The position numbers were made by a program, and so were the translations under genes. From NCBI RefSeq assembly GCF_018977255.1, contig NW_024704743.1:7752001-7816000 (forward strand): a stretch of 64,000 bases of DNA. The letters run 5' to 3'. The notes under the pieces are model-generated. The model did not search any database, had not been told where the DNA came from, and saw only the letters and a list, made by a program, of their open reading frames with translations. This stretch comes from Callorhinchus milii (lineage: Eukaryota). Every line of letters begins with the position of its first letter. Position 1 is the first letter of the stretch. This document shows positions 13,608 to 25,055 of this stretch, piece by piece.

Positions 13608-13966
13608 GTTTTTTTAAGATTCTGAAGGAAATAGATAATATAGATCATGATAAGCTGTTTTATCTTCTACTGAACAGTAGAACCAGAGGACGCAGCCTGT
13701 GATTGAAGGGGGGTAAATTCAGAACAAATCTGCGGAAACATTACACTAATGAGCGAGTAGTAAACTATGGAACAGGCTCCCTAGGGAGACAGTGAAGCAG
13801 AAAGTGTTGTTTGTTTCAAGAACAAATTAAATAGATTTCTGTTAGAAAATAATATCTCGGGATACACTATTTGGTTTGGGGCACGACATGTCAAGCGACT
13901 GCCAGGATGGTGGAACTGGATGGACCTCGGTCTTCTTTTGTCTAGCAGTTCTTATGTTCTTATGTT
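13608..13966 (+). mobile_element. CR1 LINE 3' fragment abutting the exon 13977 acceptor
   Basis: same subfamily as 61755-62297 (atagataatataga..atgataagctgttttat...gaacagtagaaccagagga); ends ttcttatgttcttatgtt. Confidence 0.85.
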
Positions 13967-13976
13967 GTTATTCCAG

Positions 13977-14574
13977 GTGCAGTACGGAAATGATATGATA
14001 AAGCCGCTGTCTCAATCCGTGGTCAAGTCGCTAACCAGTCAAGATGCTACGGTTTCTACAGGCTATGCTGGCGACCTGCACCTCACTACTTCTTTAGTTG
14101 ATGAGGGTAGTTTACATATCAGCCACGTGCCAGCAGAAAAGTCAGGCCTAGCTTTCCACAGTTCACTTGCTGGTGCCGATCTTCCAAGTAAGAGTGTGCT
14201 TAGCCAAGACCTGGTGCATTCATCGCAAGAAAAGTCATCTGCATACAGAGAAGCAATAAAAGAAGGTGCTGAGAGGGACAGTAATGATGATGAGGTAAAA
14301 GGGTTTGTGAGACACAGCAACAGCACCATTCATAGTTGTAGCCTTATAGGAGCTGAACCCCAGCAACTCATGAGCATAGGTGAGAAGAATGTGGATAAAG
14401 GACCTGGAGTTGGAGACGTGCTCAGTCCAGAAACCTTTCCAATGGCCTCTGAAGTGAGCTGCTTCAGGTCCCAAAACGTGTACGAGAAGGTTGAAATGAA
14501 AGGAATCGAAGAAAGAAGCTTTGATGAAACAGTGGACATGGAGCATGTTGTGAAAAACAAAACCACTCTCACTG
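13977..14574 (+). CDS. SVIL: SVIL large exon (598 nt, phase 0-1) VQYGNDMIKPLSQ...YAGDL...KTTLT
   Basis: ttccag acceptor, ctg|gtaagc donor, open frame within ORF 13920-14624. Confidence 0.88.
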
Positions 14575-16146
14575 GTAAGCTGCTGGACTCTATTCAATTT
14601 TCTCTATTAGAAATTCTATCATAAGAGCTTGGTGTGTTGAGTTGTAGAGCAATTCATGTCCAATTAGAGGGTTCTGAGTTCACGTTCCAAGGACATCCGT
14701 TCTGAACTTGATTCCATTATGCAAGTGCTTTTTGTGGTTTAGAATAATTGATGGCGACCTGAGTGCATTTTCATTTGGGATGGGAGGGGATGGCGAGGAA
14801 CAGAACTGTCCTGACCTACTTGAATTGCAGTTTGTTGGCTGGTCACGAAAACTATTTTTGCCATCTATTTGAAAAACCCACATTCTCCTGACCTCCAGGT
14901 TTGTGTAAGGATCCGGATAATCTACGTGGACAGGAGTAAACCTTAGACCATTTGGGAGTGCTTCCAAATTAACCCCAAACTAGTATTGTTATGTTATGAT
15001 AACCCTCGCATTTGATATAGCGTCTTTCATGTCAGGAGGACACCTCAGGATTCACTGTAAAGTAGTGAATGTGTATTTTGTAGGCAAACACAGCAGTCAC
15101 CGCACCAAAATTTCACACAAACAGCCATGAAATGAAAACGAAGCCTGGGAGACGATTCAGATCAGGAACTTTGTGCGTAGGTTAAACTTGGAAATTCTTT
15201 TTAAGACCACCCACTTTTTTAACAGACAGGAAATGATGCTTGAAAGTGTTGGTCATTGACGAGATGTTGTGTAAGAATGTTAAGTGCTCCAGGACAATAC
15301 CCTGCCGGGGGGGGCATTATATAAATGCAAGTTGTTGCGGTTGTTGTAAGCACCTCTAAGTGAAACGCAGAATATCTTGCAAAATTAAGTGCTTCAAAAA
15401 CATGAATTTGATAGCTTTGTGGCCGTTTCTTCACTGCCTAATCAAAGTCATAGGACCACAATCTATTTGCTAAGGAAAAAATCTACCTCATTAACAATGC
15501 TTATTGTCACCGCTCTGTTTCCTCCACCCCACTTCTCCTTCTCCTCTCCCTTCCCAATAATAAATTATAATAATCCTTGCATTTGATGTCGTGACTTATC
15601 ACGTCTTTGAGACGTTGCAAAGCACTTCACAGAATATACTGTAAAGTGAATTGATTGACTGTACATTTTGAATGAAACATAATAGAGTTGTTATTTAAAT
15701 GCAAGTTGCAATTGTTAATGCTTTGTGCCTTGAACATTGAGTGCTCCCACAATCAGACCGTGGAGACCAAAGTTCTCCATCTGTGACGATTGACTCGCTG
15801 TGGTTAGCTAGCTCACTGAGCTGTGTGGAAAATGAGACCAAGTGGCTGTAAGACAGCTGCTGTCAAAGTGGTGCAGCCTCCTTCCCTCCCTCCCCCCTCC
15901 CTCCCCTAAAATGGATAAATGCCAACACAGAACAAATTAGCTTGTTTAGACGTCAGTTTAGTTTGTAATGGATTTGGCAGAGATCACTTTTTTTTTCTTT
16001 TAATCAGTGAACCACTATGAGCATAAACATTTACTCTGAAAAACTCTCAGCTAAGCAGCTGCTGTCTCTATACCTAGAGCGGGAGTGAGAAGCAGTGAAA
16101 TATTCACTTAGAAGAACGAGCGAGTCTTTGGTTTTACTGGTTTTAG

Positions 16147-16186
16147 AATTTAAGAACACAACAAAGATGAGTGTTTCAAAACTGAG
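16147..16186 (+). CDS. SVIL: Candidate alternative (mutually exclusive) SVIL exon, 40 nt, phase 1-2, EFKNTTKMSVSKLR
   Basis: ttttactggttttag acceptor, ag|gtaaat donor; same phases and donor as the next exon; no transcript evidence. Confidence 0.45.
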
Positions 16187-16311
16187 GTAAATTTTGGAAT
16201 CTGATCAGTCTCTGTCAACCTGGCAACGTGCTGCTACAAGAATATGGGGAACATGTTGGCACAGTTTTTATGATGATGAGAGCTAACGCTGTCCTGCTGT
16301 TATTGCGTTAG

Positions 16312-16522
16312 AACGAGTGGAGCGGACTGCTGAACTGAAGGAAGCAACTGCATCACAGACCAACATTGTGACACCTTCCAGACATTCATCGGATAAGCAG
16401 TCGACTACCCAACCAGAAAATAAGGTGTCTTGTGATAAGTCAAAACTGGATGAAAAACCTGAACATAACAAAGAAGTCAGCGATTTGACTACTGCTTCGA
16501 AAGCAATGTCTATTAAAGAAAG
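16312..16522 (+). CDS. SVIL: SVIL exon (211 nt, phase 1-2) ERVERTAELK...TASKAMSIKER
   Basis: ctaac branch-like motif + gttag acceptor, aag|gtaaat donor, conserved MSIKER. Confidence 0.88.
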
Positions 16523-17468
16523 GTAAATATGCAATAAGGCTTTTAACCTTTTAAATGGGTAATGTAGGTTACGAATTGCATTATGTTGCTGCCGTGGCAC
16601 AAGTTGCAAAACACTGCTAATCGCTTTTGCAATCTGCACAATATCGCTGAGCATTTGTGAAATTGGAACTACTGTATACATTGATGAAATATCTGTTGCA
16701 TTAGATTTATTTCTCTTGTTAAAAACTAAATCTTTGGCTTATTTTAGAAAATGCGTTCAAGAATCATATTGGGTAGCAAGTTCTGCTTTAACCTAATTCG
16801 GTTCGACTCCAGGAAGAAATATCTGCTTTGCACTTAAGTTTCATTTTAGAAATATCTCCTTTAAAAAATTCATTATTGAAGAATCATTAGACAACCTTAT
16901 TCTCTTCCCCCACCCCCCGCCCCCCCATTCATGCTTATAATAAGATCTCTTTTTATTTCAAAGGTGATTTTAAGAGATTCAAAACACTCTTACCAACAGC
17001 AATAAAGTTCACAATTTATGACTGTTTCACTATTGGCTATTACCTGCAGTGATCATGAGTTCTGTTAATTTGCATTTTGAAAGAACATTGTGAATCTGTA
17101 TTGGCTTTCCATGTAGTTAATAGAGCATTGGAAATGTTAGCAAATCTGTTTTGCAGATGTTGACAGTGGAATTCAGCACTGAAAAGGCTCAACTACTGTA
17201 GTAAATGTTTGTTTAAGATTTGAACTTTTTTTTCTAATTGCCTCAAGTTCATGGAAGCAGACACCGTTTCAGTGCAAGTTATTTCTAAAATTCTGGCCAT
17301 TTTCCAGTATTTACAATTATTTGCTGAATCTGTTCACTATATTTGGTAATTGATTTCTTCTGTCCATAATAGTCCTATGTTTATCTGTCCACACGCAGTC
17401 TTTTCATCCCAGTTGCTGAGTATAGTGCAACTCCATTATAACGTGCTTCATTAGAGCACTGGTGCATT

Positions 17469-17662
17469 CAACAACAACAACAACAAGATTCCATTTATTG
17501 AGCGCCTTTCACGTCGGGAGGACGTCCCAAGGCGCTGTACAGTTGGGTCAGGACCCGAGCAAGGGGGAAATGGTCAGGGTGAGGGGAGGGAAGGGAGGGA
17601 GCGAGGAGGGGGTAGAGAGTCGAGAGGGGAGCTGAAGGCACGGTCAAAGAGAAAGGTCTTGA
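17469..17662 (-). mobile_element. Young L2 LINE 3' tail with (TTG)n end
   Basis: near-identical inverted copy of 39703-39874. Confidence 0.8.
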
Positions 17663-19514
17663 TGGGGTTTGTCCCCCATTTGCTCTCGCAATTACCATAG
17701 TTGTCTGGCGTGCGCATGGGACCCAGGAAGGGAATATTTGTTTGGACACACAGTCACTCGACTTCACAGTAAATTCTATGGAGTGCTTTGAGATGTCCTT
17801 CTGATATGATATGAAAGGCTCTATACCAAATACAAGTATTATTAATTAACCGGAAGTGGCCATTTTGGCTTTCTGCCTGCTAACAAATGTCCAACCTACC
17901 GGCGACATCATTTCCTGTATTGCGCAGCAAATAAGGAGTGTTGTTGGCAACTACCTGATGGCCCAGAATTTGACCTTTTTTAAGCATGGGAGCCAACTGT
18001 ATGCATGTGCAGTGAAATAAACTATCACGGCCTCATTATAAAGTGGGTTGGGATTTTATGGGTCCCCAATTACCTTCTAATGAGGCTCCAGTGTTGTTCT
18101 CACACTTCTCAAGTCCAACTGAAATTAATGGTCACTGGAAATGTGTATTGAGGTTTTCAGAAATAAATATCTAGCTCCAACACCCGCTTTACATAACCAA
18201 TGCATTTAACGTTTTAACTGCACTGTAATGAGAGAATGTGGCTAGATTTATTAGGCAGTAGGAAAGTGGGTCAAGTCAGAGAACAGGGTGACTCGAAAGC
18301 TCTGAGAACCATTAGCCTGGCTTCCTGTTTTGCACAGACCTTGACCCAGTCGTAAATAAATCCCAGATTTTTACTTTCGGAAAAGAGTTGAAAGTCGGCC
18401 ACTAGCATTGCTGATCGATAGTGCCACCAGGGTTAATTTGTGGAAGTATAGTTTTACGTTTCAAATAAATGGTTGACATTTTAGCAGTTGTCAACCATAT
18501 GTATGCATGTGTGGGGCTTTGGGACATCCTCCCAACCTGAAAGATGCTATATGAATGTCAATTTGTATTATATTGTACTGTGAAGGTCTAAAAGAAGTTG
18601 ACTAAGTTTTTATTAACCAGGTTAGAAGTCAACTAGGTTTTCACGGTTTATGTAGATGATATATATTTTTTGTAAAAATATCTCTTGAGTTTTAGGGGGT
18701 GCTGCAGTCATTAGATTTTTCTTTAGTTTAGAAAAGAGCAAATATCAATCTGGCCACTCAGGCATCCAAGTTAATGGAGAGGAGCTCAAAAACATTAAAC
18801 TTGTTTTTCAATTAACAAAGGTGATGTGATTCAAATATTTGCAACTTGTGTATGAATAATGTTGCCATAAGCAGATGGTGGGTGGGGGAGGCTAACCCAT
18901 AGTGTTTGCAGTGTGTTATAATCGAAGTGTGATAGAAAGCAGTGAAATTGGAAAATAATAGTGTAGAATAGTCGTTTCTCCATAGAATAGTGGAGATGAT
19001 GAATCAGATCAGGCACACAACAAATGCAACTGACACTGCTGAATTAGCAGTCAAGATTGGGCATTGGAATGGCTTAGTTTTTGAGCCCTCGTATTCTTTG
19101 ACATGGCCTACTTTTGTGCTGCCTAATGAACCTTAATATATTAAACACCGTTCTTATTATAGTGCAGTCTAGAGATCAGGCTCAGCAGCAACAGTAGTGG
19201 GGCCAGCTTTAAGCCTAGCCATTGTGTGGGGGGTGGGAGGGGTACACATTCACATCCACACTCCGTCTTTCAGAATCAACAAGAAATTGCAATACATCTT
19301 AGCAAAGACATAAACTCTGGGTCTCATAAATATCACAATCTTTCCCCCTTTGTTTCATTTTCCCCCCAATGTGATATCTGTCTGCTATTGTCAAGTGCTT
19401 TGGGACATCCTCCCGAAATGAAAGGTATTATATAATTGTAAATTGTATTGTTTTGATCATTTAGGACCTACATGTTAAGTCACTAGTGTGCCTTACATAT
19501 GTAACTCTTTACAG

Positions 19515-19647
19515 GATGGCTTTATTAAAGAGAAGTGGCGAAGAGGACTGGAGAAACCGTTTTAATAAAAAGCAGGACAGTGCCAAACTGACCTTGACCA
19601 GCCACTGCAGTCTGTTTCAGGAAACTGAACAAACTTACATTAAAAAG
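19515..19647 (+). CDS. SVIL: SVIL exon (133 nt, phase 2-0) MALLKRSGEEDWRNRFNKKQD...QTYIKK
   Basis: tttacag acceptor, aag|gtaaag donor, conserved peptide. Confidence 0.93.
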
Positions 19648-20572
19648 GTAAAGCATTCTCCCCTCAACAGCACGTTATATGAATGGCCGTCCAATAACGC
19701 AAACAGCTTTATGTTATTTTCACTGTGTCCTTGTTCCAGTTTGCATTCTCGAGGTCTGGTCTGCCCCAGGCTGTGAGACGAGAGGTCATGGGATCAGGAT
19801 TGTGAAAGACAAGTTTAGGACTTGCTGGTGCTAATCAATGGCTACAATGGGTTATTAGCAGAAAGTGGCTGAGGCCAGGACCCCGGGAAAGGTTTGATGC
19901 TATGATGGGAAGAAGGCAGGGTGGGTATTCTGGAAGGATGAGAACGGATGGGCCAATGGGATTTCTTCATCCTACCTCACTTGGGATCTTTTGTACCTCC
20001 CAGTGGAGTACCATGGATCTCAAAGCTGCCTAAGGAGCAGAGCTTCTTTTAATTTCATCTGTGCTTTGCAAATGAAGTGAAATGACAGGAAACCACTTCT
20101 CACCTGGATATTACCTGGGAGAGAAGTGACTTGCAGCACCGTGTGCTTGGTGTGAAATCATCAAGTAGTCTAATTTAGCAAATGTTTTCACAGGTACAAG
20201 CGTGCACTGAGCAAAGATATCCAACCTGACTTAACAGCTTCGAATGTGCATATTTCTTTGTTTAAAGACCCTTTTTTTTAAAAAAATGCAGCGTACGTAC
20301 ACAAGACTTTCTGATCCAGGAACTCAGTTGTTCAGTGACTGTCCAAGGGGAGATTTGATTCCTCCATGTCTCTGTGACCCATATTTTGAAGAGCAGTAAA
20401 TGCAGTGTCCATCAGTACATTTCTGCATTGAGTTGGTCTGTAAATGGGACACGGTAAACAAGAAATCTGGATTCCTACCTGGTACTGAAGTGGACTTTCC
20501 TTCAGTCCAAATAGGGGGCTGTGAAAGTAGAAGGGCATTGATGATCTTTATGCATTAGATGATAAATTGGTT

Positions 20573-20898
20573 AATAATAATAATAATAATCCTTGCATTT
20601 GATATAGCGCTTTTCACGTCGGGAGGACATCCCAAAGCGCTTCACAGAACACACTGTGAAGTGAATTGACTGTATATTTGTGGGCGAACGCGGCAGCCAA
20701 TTGCTCACAACAATGTCCCACAAACAGTCGTAGATTGAAATTAACCAATTTATTATTGTTTTTGGTTTTGGAGGGATTATTATTAGGCTCTGTGTGGAGT
20801 AAGGAAACTTGCCCAAGGTTTCGCCCTCTGCCTGGAATTGAACTCAGGTCTCTCGCTTGCAAAGCGAGTGTTCTAACCACTGAGCTACAGGACTCCAC
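20573..20898 (-). mobile_element. Full-length tRNA(Ala-like)-derived SINE with L2-type tail and (ATT)n end
   Basis: minus strand gtcctgtagctcagtggttag...gagttcaattcc (A/B boxes), body ctgtttgtgggac...aattggctgccgcgtt, tail gcgctatatcaaatgcaaggattattatt. Confidence 0.88.
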
Positions 20899-21639
20899 GG
20901 TTAGATGGTGAACTCCCATCCTGGAATCCCTTTGCCTTGCCCTTTGCTCTCACCTCCTTCAAAGTCTGTCTCAAGACCTTCCTGTTTGACCATGCCTTCG
21001 ATCATCTTTCGTACCCCCATTCCCTTTGGCCCCCACCCCTCCCAAATCCAACCCCCATCTCAGGCGCAATTACTCAAATGTCCAGCGCTTTGAGACATCC
21101 TCTTTACGTGAATGATGCTATGTAAATGCAATGGAAATGTTGTCGAATTGAGGCATATGATAAGTTTTAAACCCATTGATTGTCTTGGGTTGTCATTTTG
21201 GTCCTTTCCCACCTGCATTAAATATTTTGCTAAATTATTGTTTTACCCACACAAGATGTACAGAAATGTATAAAAGTATAAACAAATGGTGGACTGCTAT
21301 GGCTTTCTTGTAAGCTTCACAAATTTCACAGAGTGAGTTACACAGTACTCGTTTTTTAAAAAGTAACTAAGGTTTTCACGATTTGATCAGGTTCGTGGGA
21401 GATCTGTCTGCTGGGGGCACTATCTGCTGGGGGGTGAAGGGGGTGGGGGTCACTGACCATCGGCTGGAGGAGACACAGTCTACTTGGACCCTTTCCCAGG
21501 CAACGTGCGTTGATTCATTTACCGCTGGATTAAAACTGCTGCCCACCGTCTCTTAAGCATAAAGGTGATTCGGACACAATAAAGATAGTCACAAAAAGAG
21601 TGAATGGAAAGCTTATTACGGGGAAAAAAAATTGCTCAG

Positions 21640-21832
21640 ATTTGAATGTGGAATGCCCTGCCAAGTGAGGTGGTAGAGACAGAGTCCTTTGTGGACTTCA
21701 AGAGGGAAGTATGAAGGATAGGGTCTTAAAGAGGTATGGGGTTAAGGCAGGGCAATGGGATTGAAAGAATACCTTGCTATGAGAGCCAGTGCAGATTCAA
21801 TGGTGCCTCCTTCTGTGCTATAAATTTCTATG
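21640..21832 (+). mobile_element. CR1-type LINE 3' end
   Basis: tggaatgccctgcca...gtggtagag...ttcaagaggg...gagccagtgcaga...cctccttctgtgcta. Confidence 0.6.
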
Positions 21833-22593
21833 GTACTATCATTCCATAATTGGAGGCTGGGGTTTTGAATGCAGCACTGACATAAACTTGTGTGATGTGG
21901 TCCACTGAGTGTGATTTATGGATGTGGGCAAATCAGTTTCACTTTGTTACCGTGTTCTGAATTAATAAGACTGTCAGGTCAGAATGTTACTCTGTTGGAA
22001 ATCATTGTGAAACAAAACAAATGGAAGTCACATTGACCAGTCAAAAATCCATTTTATATTGTCTCCTTCAGCAAACGTATTTATCAAATAATCTTTTGGA
22101 ACATTTTGACTTTAATTCACAAAAGAGCAATTTCTTCTCACACTATCGTTGACTCCTTTTCTTTTGCTGGGCACGATTGTGCGAGCCTTAACAGTGAAGT
22201 TAGCTGGACAGCTGGTTACCGGTTCTTCCTCCCCATCTCCCCTCCAGCCCTCTCCTCCCCCCCAAATACCTCAACTTAGATTTACTAAGACACCCAGTCT
22301 CTTTCCCCAGCTGAGATCAGTTCATTCTGGTCTGTATGGCCTCGTGTTTCACCAGACAGTGTCTCTGGGGTTGCCCTCAACAGGACACTTCTTATGAGCT
22401 TTAAGTTAATGATATGTCTCCTAGAAAGATAATAACTTAAGCTGCAGGTGTCAGTGGCTACCTGATTACTCTGTTTCTGTGAGCGTGTTTCTGTGGCCGT
22501 ATTATTTGCAGCTCGGTTTGGAATACCTTGTGTACAATTTAAATAAGCTGCTCAAATATTTTTGCCATGTTTCCTATTTGTCTCAACTTGTAG

Positions 22594-22641
22594 GAAGAAG
22601 GAGAGTTTACTGATGACATCTCTATGTCTAATCAGCTCTGG
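22594..22641 (+). CDS. SVIL: SVIL cassette exon (48 nt, phase 0-0) EEGEFTDDISMSNQLW
   Basis: cttgtag acceptor, tgg|gtaaga donor, frame-preserving; resembles a variable SVIL segment (EEG...LW) recalled from other vertebrates. Confidence 0.72.
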
Positions 22642-23898
22642 GTAAGACGAACAAACAATGCGTGTTAGGGATTTTCTAAGGGGCTTGTCTTGTTTGCCTT
22701 TCCCTACCTGGCTGTGTTGCAGAAAGATGCTGCCTTCCTTCTTAGCTTGTAGTATTTCTAAATGGCTGCATTCCTATTATGATTCTGGATTTCTGAGCTT
22801 TGTTATGGCTTTAAATCTGCTTGGGAACACTGGCACAAGGGTTTGCTTTTAGGAAGCATGGGATAAAAAATGTTTTAAAAAAAGATAAGACTAAAGGCAG
22901 CTATCCAGCTAAGCTAACTAACCACAGTGAGCATTCTCATTGTCACTAGATAAAATATGTAAACTTATGTACCTATAGCATAATCCTAACAGATGAGGGA
23001 AGACAAAGCTGTGGCTAGTTTGTTTGGAGGTGTTTGTGTGTAATATTTGCTCTCTGTTGTTAACCAACATCAGAAGGTGATAACATACCTTTGGCCATTA
23101 CAGGTCAAGATGTTCCTTTCCCCCCCACCCCAAGTATTGCCATGTGTTGAGCACAAGGCACCGCGACTGAACAATTTTTGCACTTTATTTACTGCAGCAG
23201 CACACAGAATTATGTGGAACCATACAACATGCAAACCGAACATTCAGCCCAACTAGTCCTTGGTGTTTCTACTCAATGTGAGCCTCCACCCCTCCTAGTC
23301 CCCTCTTCCATTCTCCGTTCCATTCTCCTCTGTCCCTCGGTTCCATTCTCCTTCACCCCTCCAGTCCATTCTCCCTCAGATTGATGATTAGTTGATGATG
23401 CAAAATAATCCGGCAATCTTGGTTTCAGATTGTAGTCGTCAATTGTAGTCTTTATGCAGACTATAATCTGCAGAATTGTTTGTTAATGGGAATAAATTGC
23501 ATCCAATGTATTACACCCATTAGAGTAATGGCTTCTGGAGAATATCTCATAAATTCTGTCTCCAGACTGTCTAGTATCAGGATATCAGCTTTGTGTGAGG
23601 GAGACTATGTTCACTTTATAAAACAAGATCATTTTTGCTGTGTGGGTTGCTGGCACTGTATCTGGGGAGGTAACTTTTACAATGGCTGGCCTGGCAGTGT
23701 GTGCCTTTAAACTAGCTCTTTATTTGCTTCGGTCTGAATAAAAGATTTTGTACACTTACAACCAAAGGTCATGAATTGGGGTACATGACCCTAATCTGAG
23801 AATCTGATTTCAGCATGGTCTCCTGAATTGGACCAGTAAATGGGAACAATATCCCTTGGAAATAATTTCCGTATAAAGTCAACAGTAGTTGTTAGGTG

Positions 23899-23936
23899 AG
23901 GTATGATGAAGGGTTGTGGACCCGAAACCTTGACCT
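23899..23936 (+). mobile_element. Degenerate hammerhead/Penelope-like remnant
   Basis: aggt-aTGATGA-a-GGGTT-gtg-GACCC-GAAA-cctt-gacct. Confidence 0.4.
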
Positions 23937-24180
23937 AGGATATGTTTGTCTTTGCCTCGGTACAGTTGTAGTCCTGTAGCTAATTGAATTTGTATTTTTT
24001 TTAATAAAATTGAGGTTCCCAGAAATTCTAGCTAATAATACAGCTAATTGATTGCCTCCTGCATTGCAGCCTGTCCATCCACGCTTCATTAATCACTTTA
24101 AGGCACTATTTATATGCTGTGTTACTGAGGTCATTTATCATCTTTATCATCTTAACCAGTTCATCCTTTAATCCGCCGAG

Positions 24181-24249
24181 AATGTTGTGATGACGGAACA
24201 GGCAGCATCTCCAATCCCAGTTCGCTGCTCAGACCAGGCTTTCTCTTCA
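24181..24249 (+). CDS. SVIL: Candidate SVIL cassette exon (69 nt, phase 0-0) NVVMTEQAASPIPVRCSDQAFSS
   Basis: branch-like cttaac at 24151, weak GAG acceptor, tca|gtcagt donor, stop-free and frame-preserving. Confidence 0.38.
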
Positions 24250-24703
24250 GTCAGTGGGGGAAAGGGAGGGAGACAAAAAAAAAGTAACTTCAGTTTTCAG
24301 GAATTCCAAAATGCTTTTCTTCACGAAATAATGTTTTAATATATATACAGGAGGCCAGCAATCCCCTCAGCACATACTCTTGCAAACATGTGCCTCGTAC
24401 TCTCCGGGATTAGATAAACGGGGTGCATCCCTCAAGGAAGGCGTGCATATTACATTCCAGAGAAGAAAAATTTCTATGCATAGGTAGCACGTATATGTGT
24501 CAAAACACCCGACTGACCGACAAAAAGTGTAGAATAAGGACCAGTTTGCATTATGTTCAGATACCATTCCTAAAAGATGGGTTGCTAAAATAGTTCTAAA
24601 ATTCAAATTGGTTACATAACACACTATCGAAAATCTTTCTTAAAACCTTGCTGAAATATAAAAATATTTGTATTCAGTAAAAATCCATGTTTTATAAACT
24701 AAT

Positions 24704-25055
24704 ATAATAATAATAATCCTCGCATTCGATATAGTACCTTATCACATTATTGAGATGCCTTAAAGAGCTTCACAGAATATACTGTAAAGTAAATTGACTG
24801 TAATTAATGGGCCTGAATGACTAGTTTTTATGAAAAAGAAAGTAAACTTCCCCTTCGTAAAGTTGAATGATGATGTTGTTCCTAATCTCAGCAAGTAGCT
24901 TCATGATAAATGATCTGTTTTGCTGCACTTGAGTTCTTTTCCAGCTTTGAGCCAGTTTTACTTCCAGCTGCATAAACATGTTTCACCTGCATGCTTCACA
25001 TTCTGCCACTCCTCGTTCTGCTGTCTCTGCTTTTTGTTACCTGCTATCAGATTGC
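24704..25055 (-). repeat. SINE tail plus 250-bp flank, duplicated in inverted orientation at 56524-56869
   Basis: direct base-by-base comparison; roughly 90-95% identical over the non-SINE part. Confidence 0.9.

Noticed and set aside
20825..20898. tRNA-Ala-like sequence (also at 27111, about 51270-51341 and 56104)
   Set aside because: SINE heads attached to SINE bodies; no convincing acceptor stem
23427..23470. Short inverted repeats (cagattgtagtc/gactataatctg; similar near 25267-25326; palindrome near 36790)
   Set aside because: Arms of 12 bp or less with no other support
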